NCBI GenBank assembly: GCA_007128315.1
Contig: SKXQ01000086.1
Span: 13,086 to 77,085, forward strand
DNA: 64,000 nt
Direction: 5' to 3'
From: Spirochaetaceae bacterium
Lineage (GTDB): Bacteria; Spirochaetota; Spirochaetia; DSM-27196; SKKC01
Numbering within the stretch: position 1 is the first letter of the stretch; every line of letters begins with the position of its first letter. The position numbers and the translations under genes were made by a program. This document shows positions 9,401-17,471 of the stretch, one piece after another. The notes below the pieces were generated by a model that made no database searches, was not told where the DNA came from, and saw only the letters and a program-made list of their open reading frames with translations.

Positions 9401-12000
9401 TCGTTTCAGAGGACGGCACCGGGGTACACACACAGCTTGTCGTTGTCGGCACGCCTGCTCTCGCCACGGCACTTCCGGAGGCCGTTGACGCATCATCCTC
9501 CATCATCGCCGGACACCGGCATCGGGGAGACGCGGAAGTTCTCATACTGATTGATGGCCGCGACAAAAGCCTTGATGCCGATGGTGTTTTCCCTTCGCTC
9601 CAGGGTTTGAAGACAGATGCAAGCTGGATTTCAGTCGGTATCCTCCATTCCGGTGGTACCACATACCGGACCTTCGTGCCCGCTGCCGAAGGGCTGCAGG
9701 AGGACACCCACCGGGGTCCGTTTAATCCCCTGCGCTATCGCGAACTGCGCATCGAACGCCTGGCAAACTTTACCTACACCGTCGCGTACGCGGGTGAGTT
9801 CGTTACCCTTATCGATGCGGTGTGCCGTACGGACAAGAAAGACGAGCGGCTTTTCGCTCTCGTAGAGATACCGAGCTCCCGCCTTGAACTCGATGAAACG
9901 GGACAGATCAGGCGCATGGTCGCGTTCGAGAACGTGTTCATGGAAGCCGTATACGCAATGCGGGCCGAGCAGGCAAAGCGCGCCCGCCGTCTGCAATGGA
10001 ACCGCATTATCGTACACATGCGCAGCGTGGTTGATGCCCGCCTCGAAGACATTCGTGCCTACGGCGAAGCGCTCAGCACCCGGGCTGCGGATCTCGGGCT
10101 CGAGAAGTTCGTTCTCTACAATCGGAGGCTCTCGCACGCTGACCAAAGCCCGAAAGAAGTCGAAATGCTCTTCGAAAACATTTCCGGGCGAAGTTTCTCC
10201 CTGCGCGGACGAACACCGTCTCGCGAGATTCTGCAGCCGATTGATGCATATACCGCGAAAGTTGTGCGCGCGCGACAACGCGGCACAGTCTATCCCTACG
10301 AACTCATTAAACTCATCACCCGGACCGGCATACAGGTCTCGGAATCCTTCCCGAAAGGCGACTTTGAAGAGTTCGACATCGCCCTTGAGGGTGATACAAG
10401 CCGGCCGGTATCCGTACGTGGTCGGGCTTCTGGTGACACCAGAGCAAACATCGTATTCGGCATTATCACGTCCTGGCCTGCGACGGTCCCGGAAGGTATT
10501 GCGCGAGTGCTGATACTCTCGGACACCACGTCGGACATGGGTTCGCTGAGCGAAGCCGAATGCCGCAGGATAAATGCAGCACTCGATCTCGCCGAAGAGC
10601 GGAAACTCCCTGTGGAATGGATTCCTGTCTCGGCAGGTGCCCGTATCGACATGGACAGCGGAACCGAAAACCTTGACTGGACAGCGGATACGCTCAAACG
10701 AATCATCCAGTTCACCCAGAGCGGCGGCGAAATAAACATAATTGTCAGCGGTATCAACGTCGGAGCTCAGAGCTACTGGAACGCGGAAGCAACGATGCTC
10801 ATGCATACGCGCGGTCTTCTGATTATGACCGAAGACGCATCCATGCTGCTGACCGGCAAGCGGGCACTCGATTTTTCCGGCAGCGTGAGTGCCGAAGACA
10901 ACGTCGGCATCGGCGGTGCGGAGCGAATCATGGGGCCAAACGGCCAGGCTCAGATCACCGTCCGCGATCTGTTCAGTGCGTACGAGGTCCTGTTCCGTCA
11001 TTATGAGCTTTCCTTCGCGCAGCCAGGAAAACGCTTTCCCGAACGTCGAAGAACCGACGATCCATCCGATCGGAATGCAGGTCTGACCCCGTATCAGGAC
11101 GCACTCGGGCAGGGTTTTCAGACCATAGGGGACATCTTTTCGCCAACGCTGAACCCGGAACGGAAGAAACCCTTTGATATGCGGCAGGTGATGTCCGCCG
11201 TGATTGACAGCGACTCGCCCGTTCTCGAACGCTGGCGTGATATGCGCGACGGAGAAACGGCCGTCGTCTGGGAGTCTCGAGCTGGCGGATACTCGATAGG
11301 CCTGATCGGCATCGAAAGCAGATCGCTATCGCGGATCGGAGAGGTACCTCACGATGGACCCGAAAGCTGGAGTGGTGGTACCCTCTTTCCAATGTCCAGC
11401 AAGAAGGTTGCCAGGGGCTTGAACGCCTTCAGTGGGCGCCTTCCCGCGGTTATCCTGGCGAACCTCAGCGGTTTCGACGGCAGCCCGGAATCCTTGCGAA
11501 AACTGCAGCTGGAGTACGGCGCAGAAATCGGACGCGCCGTCGTTAATTTCGACGGCCCCATCGTGTTCGTCGTCATGGCTCGCTACCACGGCGGCGCCTA
11601 TGTCGTGTTCTCGAAAAAGCTGAATCCGCACCTGCACTCAGCCGCACTCGAGGGAGCCTACGCCTCAGTCATCGGCGGCGCGCCGGCAGCGGCAGTCGTT
11701 TTTCCCGGGATCGTGCGAAAGGAAACCTATGACGACTCACGGGTCAAGGAAGCGTCAAAAAAGCTTAACGAAGATCCGGGGTTCACACAGAAAGACTTTG
11801 AGAATGTGTTGCAGTCGGTCCAAAGCGAAAAACAGGCCGAACTCGCCACACGTTTCGACCGCATCCACAGTGTCGAGCGGGCCCGTGATGTTGGCAGTAT
11901 TGACAGCATAATCTCAATCTCGGAACTCCGGCCATATATTATTGGTTCCGTCGAGCACGGAATGGCCGCGTTCCCTGATTCGTCGCGTCCGTCGAGTTGA
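6463..12000 (+). CDS. Single-chain multidomain biotin-dependent acyl-CoA carboxylase (biotin carboxylase - BCCP - long central region - carboxyltransferase)
   Basis: 1845 aa with no internal stop. TTG start at 6463, 6 nt after GGAAGGAG. BC/ATP-grasp region: IVNRGEPAMRFIRSV, ILKAANAGGGRGIR, YFMEVNTRLQVEH. Biotinyl domain with EAMKMEM. The CT N- and C-subdomains resemble the eukaryote-type ACC CT (LILSDTTSDMGSLSEAE...IPVSAGARID; LPAVILANLSGFDGSPESLRKLQLEYGAEIGRAV...YHGGAYVVF). Confidence 0.9.
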   Translation: MKRRTMSRDARRGIVNRGEPAMRFIRSVKEYNAEHGTELSTVAFFVAEEGEALFTKEADYAVPFSDVPAGESKAATPYLNHEQLLAGLQQASCSAVWPGWGFVSEDADFVARVEEAGIVFLGPDSGPMAALGDKIQAKELAEQSNVPVLPWSNGPVRSIEEAQAMAEKIGYPCILKAANAGGGRGIRFVMEPDELLSQFTSARDETIRITGNDILFMERLVVHGRHLEVQCLADTHGTVATFGVRDCSVQRKNQKIIEETPPPDVRDDLVPEMEAAAARLLETAGYTGAGTVEFLYDLDRAEYYFMEVNTRLQVEHCVTEELYGIDLVKGQIDVGLGNRITPRTQEPVGHVMEVRLNAEDPDREFTPAPGYVSTFKPPAGPGIRVDSGVEQGSTIPAVFDSMIAKIIAKGPNRQAAIARLERALRELRVRIENGTTNRSFLLALLANEQVRTGKVHTRCVEQMLAERRVATGGPDARYAIFACAVENYLSECEEDLANFNQQLSTAGNPRDVRGGEGKTCSLKYRDYPYELLVKSVGENEFHIETEGSVHRITYLKRDHEALLLAGPRRLNVQTVERGDSIQCEIDGHPYVLEVESSGAVKAPSPSIVLSVPTTVGQSVAKGDVILSLEAMKMEMIVEAPESGVIREILVKPGEQVAAGQVLIQLEAEGASESSVSSAEPILFDGPTVIEEDDRVLREFQSLFLGYDYSFDVSKKGPALLRTSVSGSERNVHADRIIEAMEAFVAVGVLFGDRKGMAEGFARPAPYSELLIHYYKRHLDRERGMPQDFLDSLNRALKHYVRDEFGGLDKERSILLRMFRSHAIREVKQQVLRETLFVLEEAGLPSASPHNPGDLLDEIALLCGVQARALADAAIHARYQLIDRQFLQSLKEERYEQISRAVDLIHRAGDRQGVIDGIMARIIDSGHNINAELVRTVIDESDASRAIVMEMLARRFNRDRNIRSVSTLSCDVSGVSQCAVVVSEDGTGVHTQLVVVGTPALATALPEAVDASSSIIAGHRHRGDAEVLILIDGRDKSLDADGVFPSLQGLKTDASWISVGILHSGGTTYRTFVPAAEGLQEDTHRGPFNPLRYRELRIERLANFTYTVAYAGEFVTLIDAVCRTDKKDERLFALVEIPSSRLELDETGQIRRMVAFENVFMEAVYAMRAEQAKRARRLQWNRIIVHMRSVVDARLEDIRAYGEALSTRAADLGLEKFVLYNRRLSHADQSPKEVEMLFENISGRSFSLRGRTPSREILQPIDAYTAKVVRARQRGTVYPYELIKLITRTGIQVSESFPKGDFEEFDIALEGDTSRPVSVRGRASGDTRANIVFGIITSWPATVPEGIARVLILSDTTSDMGSLSEAECRRINAALDLAEERKLPVEWIPVSAGARIDMDSGTENLDWTADTLKRIIQFTQSGGEINIIVSGINVGAQSYWNAEATMLMHTRGLLIMTEDASMLLTGKRALDFSGSVSAEDNVGIGGAERIMGPNGQAQITVRDLFSAYEVLFRHYELSFAQPGKRFPERRRTDDPSDRNAGLTPYQDALGQGFQTIGDIFSPTLNPERKKPFDMRQVMSAVIDSDSPVLERWRDMRDGETAVVWESRAGGYSIGLIGIESRSLSRIGEVPHDGPESWSGGTLFPMSSKKVARGLNAFSGRLPAVILANLSGFDGSPESLRKLQLEYGAEIGRAVVNFDGPIVFVVMARYHGGAYVVFSKKLNPHLHSAALEGAYASVIGGAPAAAVVFPGIVRKETYDDSRVKEASKKLNEDPGFTQKDFENVLQSVQSEKQAELATRFDRIHSVERARDVGSIDSIISISELRPYIIGSVEHGMAAFPDSSRPSS
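8347..8367 (+). other. Biotin attachment motif EAMKMEM (Lys codon AAA at 8356-8358)
   Basis: Codons gaa gca atg aaa atg gag atg read directly. This is the canonical A-M-K-M biotinyl-lysine motif. Confidence 0.85.
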
Positions 12001-14053
12001 ACGCGTCTACAACCTCTTCGGGAGTCCGGGAGGCGAGTATCGCCTCCCGGACTTCATCCCGTCTCAACCGTTGCACGAGGGCCGCGAGAAACTGCAGGTG
12101 CGGACCTTTACTGTTTTTCGGCGATGCCAGCAGGACGACTATATTCGAAAGCTTCTGATCGACCGCCTGAAAGTCGATCCCGTCGGGAATAATACCGATC
12201 GCGCACACCATTCTCGACACACCGTCTGTCTTGGCGTGCGGAATTGCCAAGCCTCGCTCCATACCCGTACCGGTCTGTTGCTCGCGGTGAATAACGTCGG
12301 CGATAACCAGTTCCTGATCAAGAACCGCATCTGCAGGCAAGAGAGCTGCCAGCGCCTCTATCGCCTCTTCCCGTGTTTCGACACGTAAGGGAACCCGGAC
12401 CTGCGTCGGACTCAAATACTCTCCGAGTCGCATGCTGTCCCGGCCCTTCGCCTCGGCGGCACCACGGCGGATCTCTTCGGGAACCGCCATTTGTGCCATT
12501 CGACTGACGCGGTCGGACACGTGCACGAGCGTCTCGTAGAGCGCGGTCTTGAGCACGCCCTCGTCCTGACTATCGCCTGATAGTTCGATGCGGGTTCCCT
12601 TGACCGTAAAGGTATACGTCACATTGTCCCGTCGTATTCGGTACAGGAGTTTATCCAGTTCGAGACGATGAACAATGTATCCGTCCGCTGCGAACGATCG
12701 CAGAAGTCCGCCTCGCACAAGGTCTGCGATCTCTTCGTTCGGTACGTCGAGAGAGACGACGGCCGGCTTCACCTCCATAGACGAGTCAGATCGGCCACTT
12801 TTCTCCAGTTTTGTCAGCGCCGAAAACAGCGGCGAACCGACCAGAATAGAGGTAATCGTCATGATCGCGATGATATCGAAACGTTCCGGCGATATGAGCC
12901 CCGATGCATCACCAACGAGTCCCATAATGAGCGCGACCTCTCCTCGTGAGACCGTCCCCATGCCGATGCGGAGCGCACCGGTCAGATTGAAACCGCCCCG
13001 AAGCGCCGGGATTCCCGAGCCGATCAGTTTCGCGAGACCCGAAACGAGCGCGAACAGGATGCCTGCGAACAGGACGTGCGGTGTAAGAATCACCGATATG
13101 TCTATGAACATTCCCAGGATTGCGTACAGAAGCGGGACGAAAAAGTCAGCCACCGGCCTCATTCGTTCCTGTATCAGGTCAACAACGTCTGTCCGCGAAA
13201 GCGCTGCTCCGACGCCGTAGGCTCCGATTATTGATGCGATTCCGGCCAGTTCGAACGAACCGGAAAACAGCAGCGCAAGAGCGAGCGCCGGGATCGCGGC
13301 AACAGCAGCCGGAGCTCCGATCCGCTTGAGTACGTTCGCGATCTGGGGTGCAAAGCCAATAACCAGTGCGAATCCAACGATCCAGACTACGAGCGCCTGA
13401 ACAAAAATCGGTACCGTCCCGGCAAACAGCCCTGCTGCATCTGATTCGCCGTCGAAACTCAGTAAGGCCATCGTGATCGCGAGTATTGTAATCGCGAGGC
13501 CGTCCTGCAGCAGCGACGATTCCATGATCACACGACCTTCGGGAGTGTCGAGCTTATGATAGTCGGACAGAATGCGAGCCTGTACACCGAGCGACGTAGA
13601 AATCGAGATCCCGGCGAAGAACAGGACGACCGGGTTCCCGAAATCGTATCCGAGCACAACGACAGGGAAAACGGCGCCTACGATGCCCGGTAGAATGATT
13701 CCACCCATGGCAGGACGAACAGCTACAGCTTTCAGCCTGGCGAGCGAGCGTATGTCCGTCTCGAGTCCGACGAGAAAGATGTGAACGACCGCCCCCACGG
13801 CGGCAAACGCGTATAATTCGATAGAGATTGGGAGAATGCCTGTTTCAAGAGGAAAAAAACCGTGCTCAAACCCGGGAAGCGACAACGAGCCAAGGGCATA
13901 CGGTCCCACGACAACACCCGCCAATACTTCTCCGAGAAGCGTCGGCAGGCCAATCTTCCTGGCCATAATACCGGCAATCTTCGCGACAACGAGAAGAGCG
14001 CCAATCTGAAGGAGCAGCTGAGCCAGTTGATGAGTCAGTTCAGTTCCGTGCAT
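11939..14053 (-). CDS. CPA2-family cation/proton antiporter fused to an unassigned soluble domain and a C-terminal PTS EIIA(Ntr/fructose, type 2) domain
   Basis: 704 aa. The N-terminal ~400 aa are a Kef-type membrane domain (LLGEVLAGVVVGPYALG...). The C-terminal domain has the EIIA-2 phospho-His motif (GTGMERGLAIPHAKTDGV...NIVVLLASP). I saw no GxGxxG Rossmann (RCK/KTN) motif. The start codon overlaps the upstream stop by 1 nt (TAATG). Confidence 0.85.
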   Translation of the reverse strand: MHGTELTHQLAQLLLQIGALLVVAKIAGIMARKIGLPTLLGEVLAGVVVGPYALGSLSLPGFEHGFFPLETGILPISIELYAFAAVGAVVHIFLVGLETDIRSLARLKAVAVRPAMGGIILPGIVGAVFPVVVLGYDFGNPVVLFFAGISISTSLGVQARILSDYHKLDTPEGRVIMESSLLQDGLAITILAITMALLSFDGESDAAGLFAGTVPIFVQALVVWIVGFALVIGFAPQIANVLKRIGAPAAVAAIPALALALLFSGSFELAGIASIIGAYGVGAALSRTDVVDLIQERMRPVADFFVPLLYAILGMFIDISVILTPHVLFAGILFALVSGLAKLIGSGIPALRGGFNLTGALRIGMGTVSRGEVALIMGLVGDASGLISPERFDIIAIMTITSILVGSPLFSALTKLEKSGRSDSSMEVKPAVVSLDVPNEEIADLVRGGLLRSFAADGYIVHRLELDKLLYRIRRDNVTYTFTVKGTRIELSGDSQDEGVLKTALYETLVHVSDRVSRMAQMAVPEEIRRGAAEAKGRDSMRLGEYLSPTQVRVPLRVETREEAIEALAALLPADAVLDQELVIADVIHREQQTGTGMERGLAIPHAKTDGVSRMVCAIGIIPDGIDFQAVDQKLSNIVVLLASPKNSKGPHLQFLAALVQRLRRDEVREAILASRTPEEVVDAFNSTDATNQGTRPFRARRNQ

Positions 14054-15300
14054 TACCTGGCAGAAGTCCCCGATTCGCCGGTTTTGTCAAGACTGTAGCG
14101 AGTGAGAATGGGACCCACAAGCTCGAATATGACACTTGTCGCGGTAATGGTGACGATCACCGTACGTGCGATGGCCTCGCCTTCCGCACCAAGTGGTGAA
14201 AGTTCCTGCAGTGCGATGAGCGCAAGACCAATAGCCAGGCCGGCCTGCGACAGGATGCTGAGTCCAAGGTACTTCCGCACGTTTTCGGGTGCTTTCGCTC
14301 GTCTCGCGCCCATGGAAGCCCCGAGAACCTTACCTCCGGCTCTGCCGACAATATACATTATGCCTGCACCGCCAACCGCCGGAAGCAGGGAAAGATCGAG
14401 GTGGGCCCCGGCGAGCGCGAAAAACAGAACGAATACCGCAGGCGTGACCTCGGAGATGTAGCCCGCAATCGGTTCGACTACTCTAAGAGACTGGGTATTG
14501 GTGATAACGGCCCCTGCAGTCATGGCAGTCAGTACCAGCGACATGGGCATCACTTGCGAAAGCCCGGAGAGAAGAAAAACCGTGGCAAGGGTCAGAATAA
14601 ATACGTCCCGGGACTGACCGAGCGCCCGCGAAAGCAGTCCCGCAGCAAGGCCGGTGATGATGCCGATAGCGAGACTGAGCCCGATTTCGGTAAAGGGCGC
14701 TACGATCAGTGGCAGGACATCAACACCTTCACCCAGCCCGGCCTCTACCCCGATCAGGAACTTCGTGAGAGCGAGCGCGAAGCCAAAAACCAGGATTGCA
14801 GCAACGTCGTCGAAGCCTACTACGGCAAGAAGCGTCGACGTGAACCGTCCGCGCGCCCGGGTTTCCTGTACCACAGCGACAGTTCCGGCGGGCGCCGTCG
14901 TGACGGCGATAGCACCGAAAAGCACAGCGAGCGGCAATCGGAATGTCACCAGGTATACGAGAAGTGTCACGAGCGTAAAGGCCAGCAAGCTCTCCCAGGC
15001 GACGATACGCACCAGCTGCTTACCCTGCCCCTTCATCTGTTTCAGATTAAACTCGAATCCAATGGTAAGAGCTACGAACCCGAGAGCTATCTCAGTCACG
15101 AACGAGAGGTTCGCCAGCGTTTCACGGCTTATGATGCCGAGAACGGTGGGACCGGTAATCAAGCCAAGCACCATGAAGCCCATAAGCGAGGGGAGACGGA
15201 CGGATTTCATGAGGCGGCCGGCGAATACGCCGAGAAACAGTATTATTCCGACAATAACGAGAACCGGTACGCCGCCGGCGGGGGCTACTCCGTGATTCAT
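14053..15300 (-). CDS. CPA2-family cation/proton antiporter (membrane domain only)
   Basis: 415 aa, polytopic. Motifs LPSLMGFMVLGLITGP and TTAPAGTVAVVQETRARG, which are paralogous to 16209..17471. Confidence 0.85.
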   Translation of the reverse strand: MNHGVAPAGGVPVLVIVGIILFLGVFAGRLMKSVRLPSLMGFMVLGLITGPTVLGIISRETLANLSFVTEIALGFVALTIGFEFNLKQMKGQGKQLVRIVAWESLLAFTLVTLLVYLVTFRLPLAVLFGAIAVTTAPAGTVAVVQETRARGRFTSTLLAVVGFDDVAAILVFGFALALTKFLIGVEAGLGEGVDVLPLIVAPFTEIGLSLAIGIITGLAAGLLSRALGQSRDVFILTLATVFLLSGLSQVMPMSLVLTAMTAGAVITNTQSLRVVEPIAGYISEVTPAVFVLFFALAGAHLDLSLLPAVGGAGIMYIVGRAGGKVLGASMGARRAKAPENVRKYLGLSILSQAGLAIGLALIALQELSPLGAEGEAIARTVIVTITATSVIFELVGPILTRYSLDKTGESGTSAR

Positions 15301-15309
15301 GTTGTCGGC

Positions 15310-16104
15310 CTACAATTCCACGTGGCCCGACACATAAAATACGTCCCGGGCGGTAATAAGAACGTCGTCTGTCGCGTCCTGTTCCGCGAGTACATTTTTC
15401 ATACTTCTGATTGTCTCGTTCACGAGGCGTTTGTCGAGAAGGGCTGTCACAAGTCGTATCGATTCGTCAACATCGCTGGTCCATAACGAAGCGAACAGCG
15501 GCATGCGGGTCAGATAACTAGATGCTTTCTTGAACTCGTGCACGAAAACGTTTCCCGTCGTTCGGGACGTCAATTCTTCGAGTACCGCTTCGACCCCAAA
15601 GTGCACCGGCAGAAATACCTGCAGTTCGCACCATTCGATCTCCTCCGGTGCACTGTCCCGGTGAAAAATCGGGGACACGAGCGTTTTTAAGATGCTTTCG
15701 TTCGCCGCCTCCCGCAGCCGCATTCGCGACTCCTCCGGACGGACGAAACGTGAAATCCTGGAAAGCAGCGCCACGTGCTCGCTCCTCTGACCCGTTGGAG
15801 CAACAATGAAAAAAAACAAATCGACAGGAACACCGTCCGGAGCGTCGAATTCTACCGGTTTCTGTGTTGTCACGAGACCGGCTACGAAGTGATCCAGACC
15901 ATCAAGAAAGCAGTGCGGAAGCGCAACTCCATGGCCGATCGATGTCGATGTCACGTTCTCGCGACGCTGCAGCTTACGATATATCGCTTCGGTGCCAAAA
16001 TTCGGCAATAAATCGCTGACCTGTTCGGCAGCAAGATAAAGTATCTCATCAGCCGTCGACGCCGATTCTCCAGTCCGAAAAAACAGATCCTTCTCGATGT
16101 TCAT
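15310..16104 (-). CDS. Two-domain regulator: PTS EIIA(Ntr)-type domain + PII-like (beta-alpha-beta-beta-alpha-beta) domain
   Basis: EIIA-2 motif SIGHGVALPHCFLDG...DLFFFIVAP. The C-terminal ~110 aa have the PII-like secondary-structure order (CELQVFLPV / HFGVEAVLEELT / NVFVHEF / loop with MPLFA / IRLVTALL / VNETIRSMKNVL / VLITARDVFYVSG). Start moved to ATG 16104, with AGGTGG 5 nt upstream. The track start at 16194 leaves no promoter space. Confidence 0.7.
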   Translation of the reverse strand: MNIEKDLFFRTGESASTADEILYLAAEQVSDLLPNFGTEAIYRKLQRRENVTSTSIGHGVALPHCFLDGLDHFVAGLVTTQKPVEFDAPDGVPVDLFFFIVAPTGQRSEHVALLSRISRFVRPEESRMRLREAANESILKTLVSPIFHRDSAPEEIEWCELQVFLPVHFGVEAVLEELTSRTTGNVFVHEFKKASSYLTRMPLFASLWTSDVDESIRLVTALLDKRLVNETIRSMKNVLAEQDATDDVLITARDVFYVSGHVEL

Positions 16105-16168
16105 AGATACCACCTGATTACTACTACACGGTACAGATATTACGACACCGTGTCGATCGTTTGCTCCC

Positions 16169-16197
16169 TTGCGATTTGATACACTGTCCTTCATAAT
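16169..16197 (+). promoter_or_regulatory. Candidate sigma70-type promoter TTGCGA-17 nt-CATAAT for the plus-strand antiporter gene
   Basis: TTGCGA at 16169-16174 and CATAAT at 16192-16197. The start codon lies only ~12 nt downstream, implying a very short leader or a leaderless transcript. Sequence match only. Confidence 0.3.
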
Positions 16198-16208
16198 CGT
16201 TCGAGATC

Positions 16209-17471
16209 ATGACGGCACTCACTCACCTGATAGAACGTCTCGCAATTATCGATTTCTTGCGTATACATCCACTTTTTGCCATCGGGACAATGCTGGTTCT
16301 CGGCTATATTCTCGCAAAAATATCGGAGGTTCTACGCTTGCCGGAAATTACGGGCTTCATCCTTGCCGGCCTTGTCATGGGAAGCGGTGGACTCGCGGTG
16401 CTTGGCTACAGCGCATCCGAGGATCTAAGCGTAATTACCGAAGTCGCGTTAGGACTGATTGCCCTCACAATTGGCGGAGAGCTCCGACTCTCGAAACTAC
16501 GACGGATCATGCGATCAGTCGCGTGGATCACTGCCGGTCAGTTCGTCCTTCCATTTCTTATGGTCTCGTTCGCGCTTGTGTTGTTCGATAAGTCCTTCCC
16601 TTTCGCATTGCTTCTTGGAGTCGTCGCCACGACCACATCACCTGCTGCCATTGTGGCGGTCGTCCAGTCCACTCGTGCACGAGGACCTATTATCGACAGT
16701 CTTTACGGAACTGTTGCGCTGGGAGACGCACTTTCCATCGCGGCTTTCGGAATTGTACTGTCGATTGTTCCGTCGCTGTACGGTGAGTCGACCGCTGTGA
16801 CAGAACTGATTTTCACCGCGATTCTTGATATCGGCATGAGTATTGTACTCGGGATCGTATTCGGTTTTCTTACCTACGTCTCCACTCGTTCGCAGAACAA
16901 TACCGGTGAAGTCATGATCCTCACGCTCGGCTTCCTCTTTCTCGCGACGACGACCGCACTGCTGCTCGGGTTCTCTCCCCTGCTGGTCAATATGGCCACA
17001 GGCGCGACTTTAACCAATATCAGTCCGCGATCGAACAGGATTTTTCGGACGCTCGAGCCATTTACACCACCGGTATATGCACTTTTTTTCGTCATCGCCG
17101 GGACGAAACTGAACCCGTCGTTGCTTTTCAGCCCCGAAGTTCTTCTTTTTGGAACGGTGTTCGTCGTAGCACGCTGGACAGGAAAATACACTGGATCATA
17201 TCTCGGTGGGCTCATCTCTGGCGTAAGTAGCGAGGTACGACGGTATCTGGGGCTTGGACTGTTCGCACAGGCGGGGATTGCCCTCGGTCTGGTCGTACTT
17301 CTGCAGACGGCTCCTGAACTGCACGGTCTTCAGAGCATACCGGCCGGGGTGGTTCAGAGCAGCATCAATATCGTTCTCTTCTCGGTGTTCGTGAACGAGA
17401 TCACCGGACCACCAATCGCGAAAGTAGCAATACGGAGAGCTCTGAAACTGGAGGGAAAATGGAACTCATAG
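16209..17471 (+). CDS. CPA2-family cation/proton antiporter (membrane domain only)
   Basis: 420 aa, polytopic. LPEITGFILAGLVMGSGG and TTSPAAIVAVVQSTRARG. Alignable over its full length with 14053..15300. Confidence 0.85.
   Translation: MTALTHLIERLAIIDFLRIHPLFAIGTMLVLGYILAKISEVLRLPEITGFILAGLVMGSGGLAVLGYSASEDLSVITEVALGLIALTIGGELRLSKLRRIMRSVAWITAGQFVLPFLMVSFALVLFDKSFPFALLLGVVATTTSPAAIVAVVQSTRARGPIIDSLYGTVALGDALSIAAFGIVLSIVPSLYGESTAVTELIFTAILDIGMSIVLGIVFGFLTYVSTRSQNNTGEVMILTLGFLFLATTTALLLGFSPLLVNMATGATLTNISPRSNRIFRTLEPFTPPVYALFFVIAGTKLNPSLLFSPEVLLFGTVFVVARWTGKYTGSYLGGLISGVSSEVRRYLGLGLFAQAGIALGLVVLLQTAPELHGLQSIPAGVVQSSINIVLFSVFVNEITGPPIAKVAIRRALKLEGKWNS

Noticed and set aside
9631-11001. 456-aa antisense ORF inside the carboxylase gene
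   Set aside because: It lies opposite a strongly motif-supported CT domain. The translation is low-complexity (R/H/C/F-rich) and typical of shadow ORFs in GC-rich coding DNA.
6463-12000. Possibility that the 1845-aa carboxylase is an artefactual fusion of separate acc genes
   Set aside because: The frame is continuous with no stop or obvious frameshift signature. Domain order and linker lengths match genuine single-chain carboxylases. Only resequencing could exclude an assembly error.
14401-15486. 361-aa ORF antisense to the CPA2 antiporter and the EIIA-PII gene
   Set aside because: It crosses a gene boundary on the other strand. It is highly charged and low-complexity (R/E/G/K runs), and the opposite frames are clear membrane and EIIA proteins.
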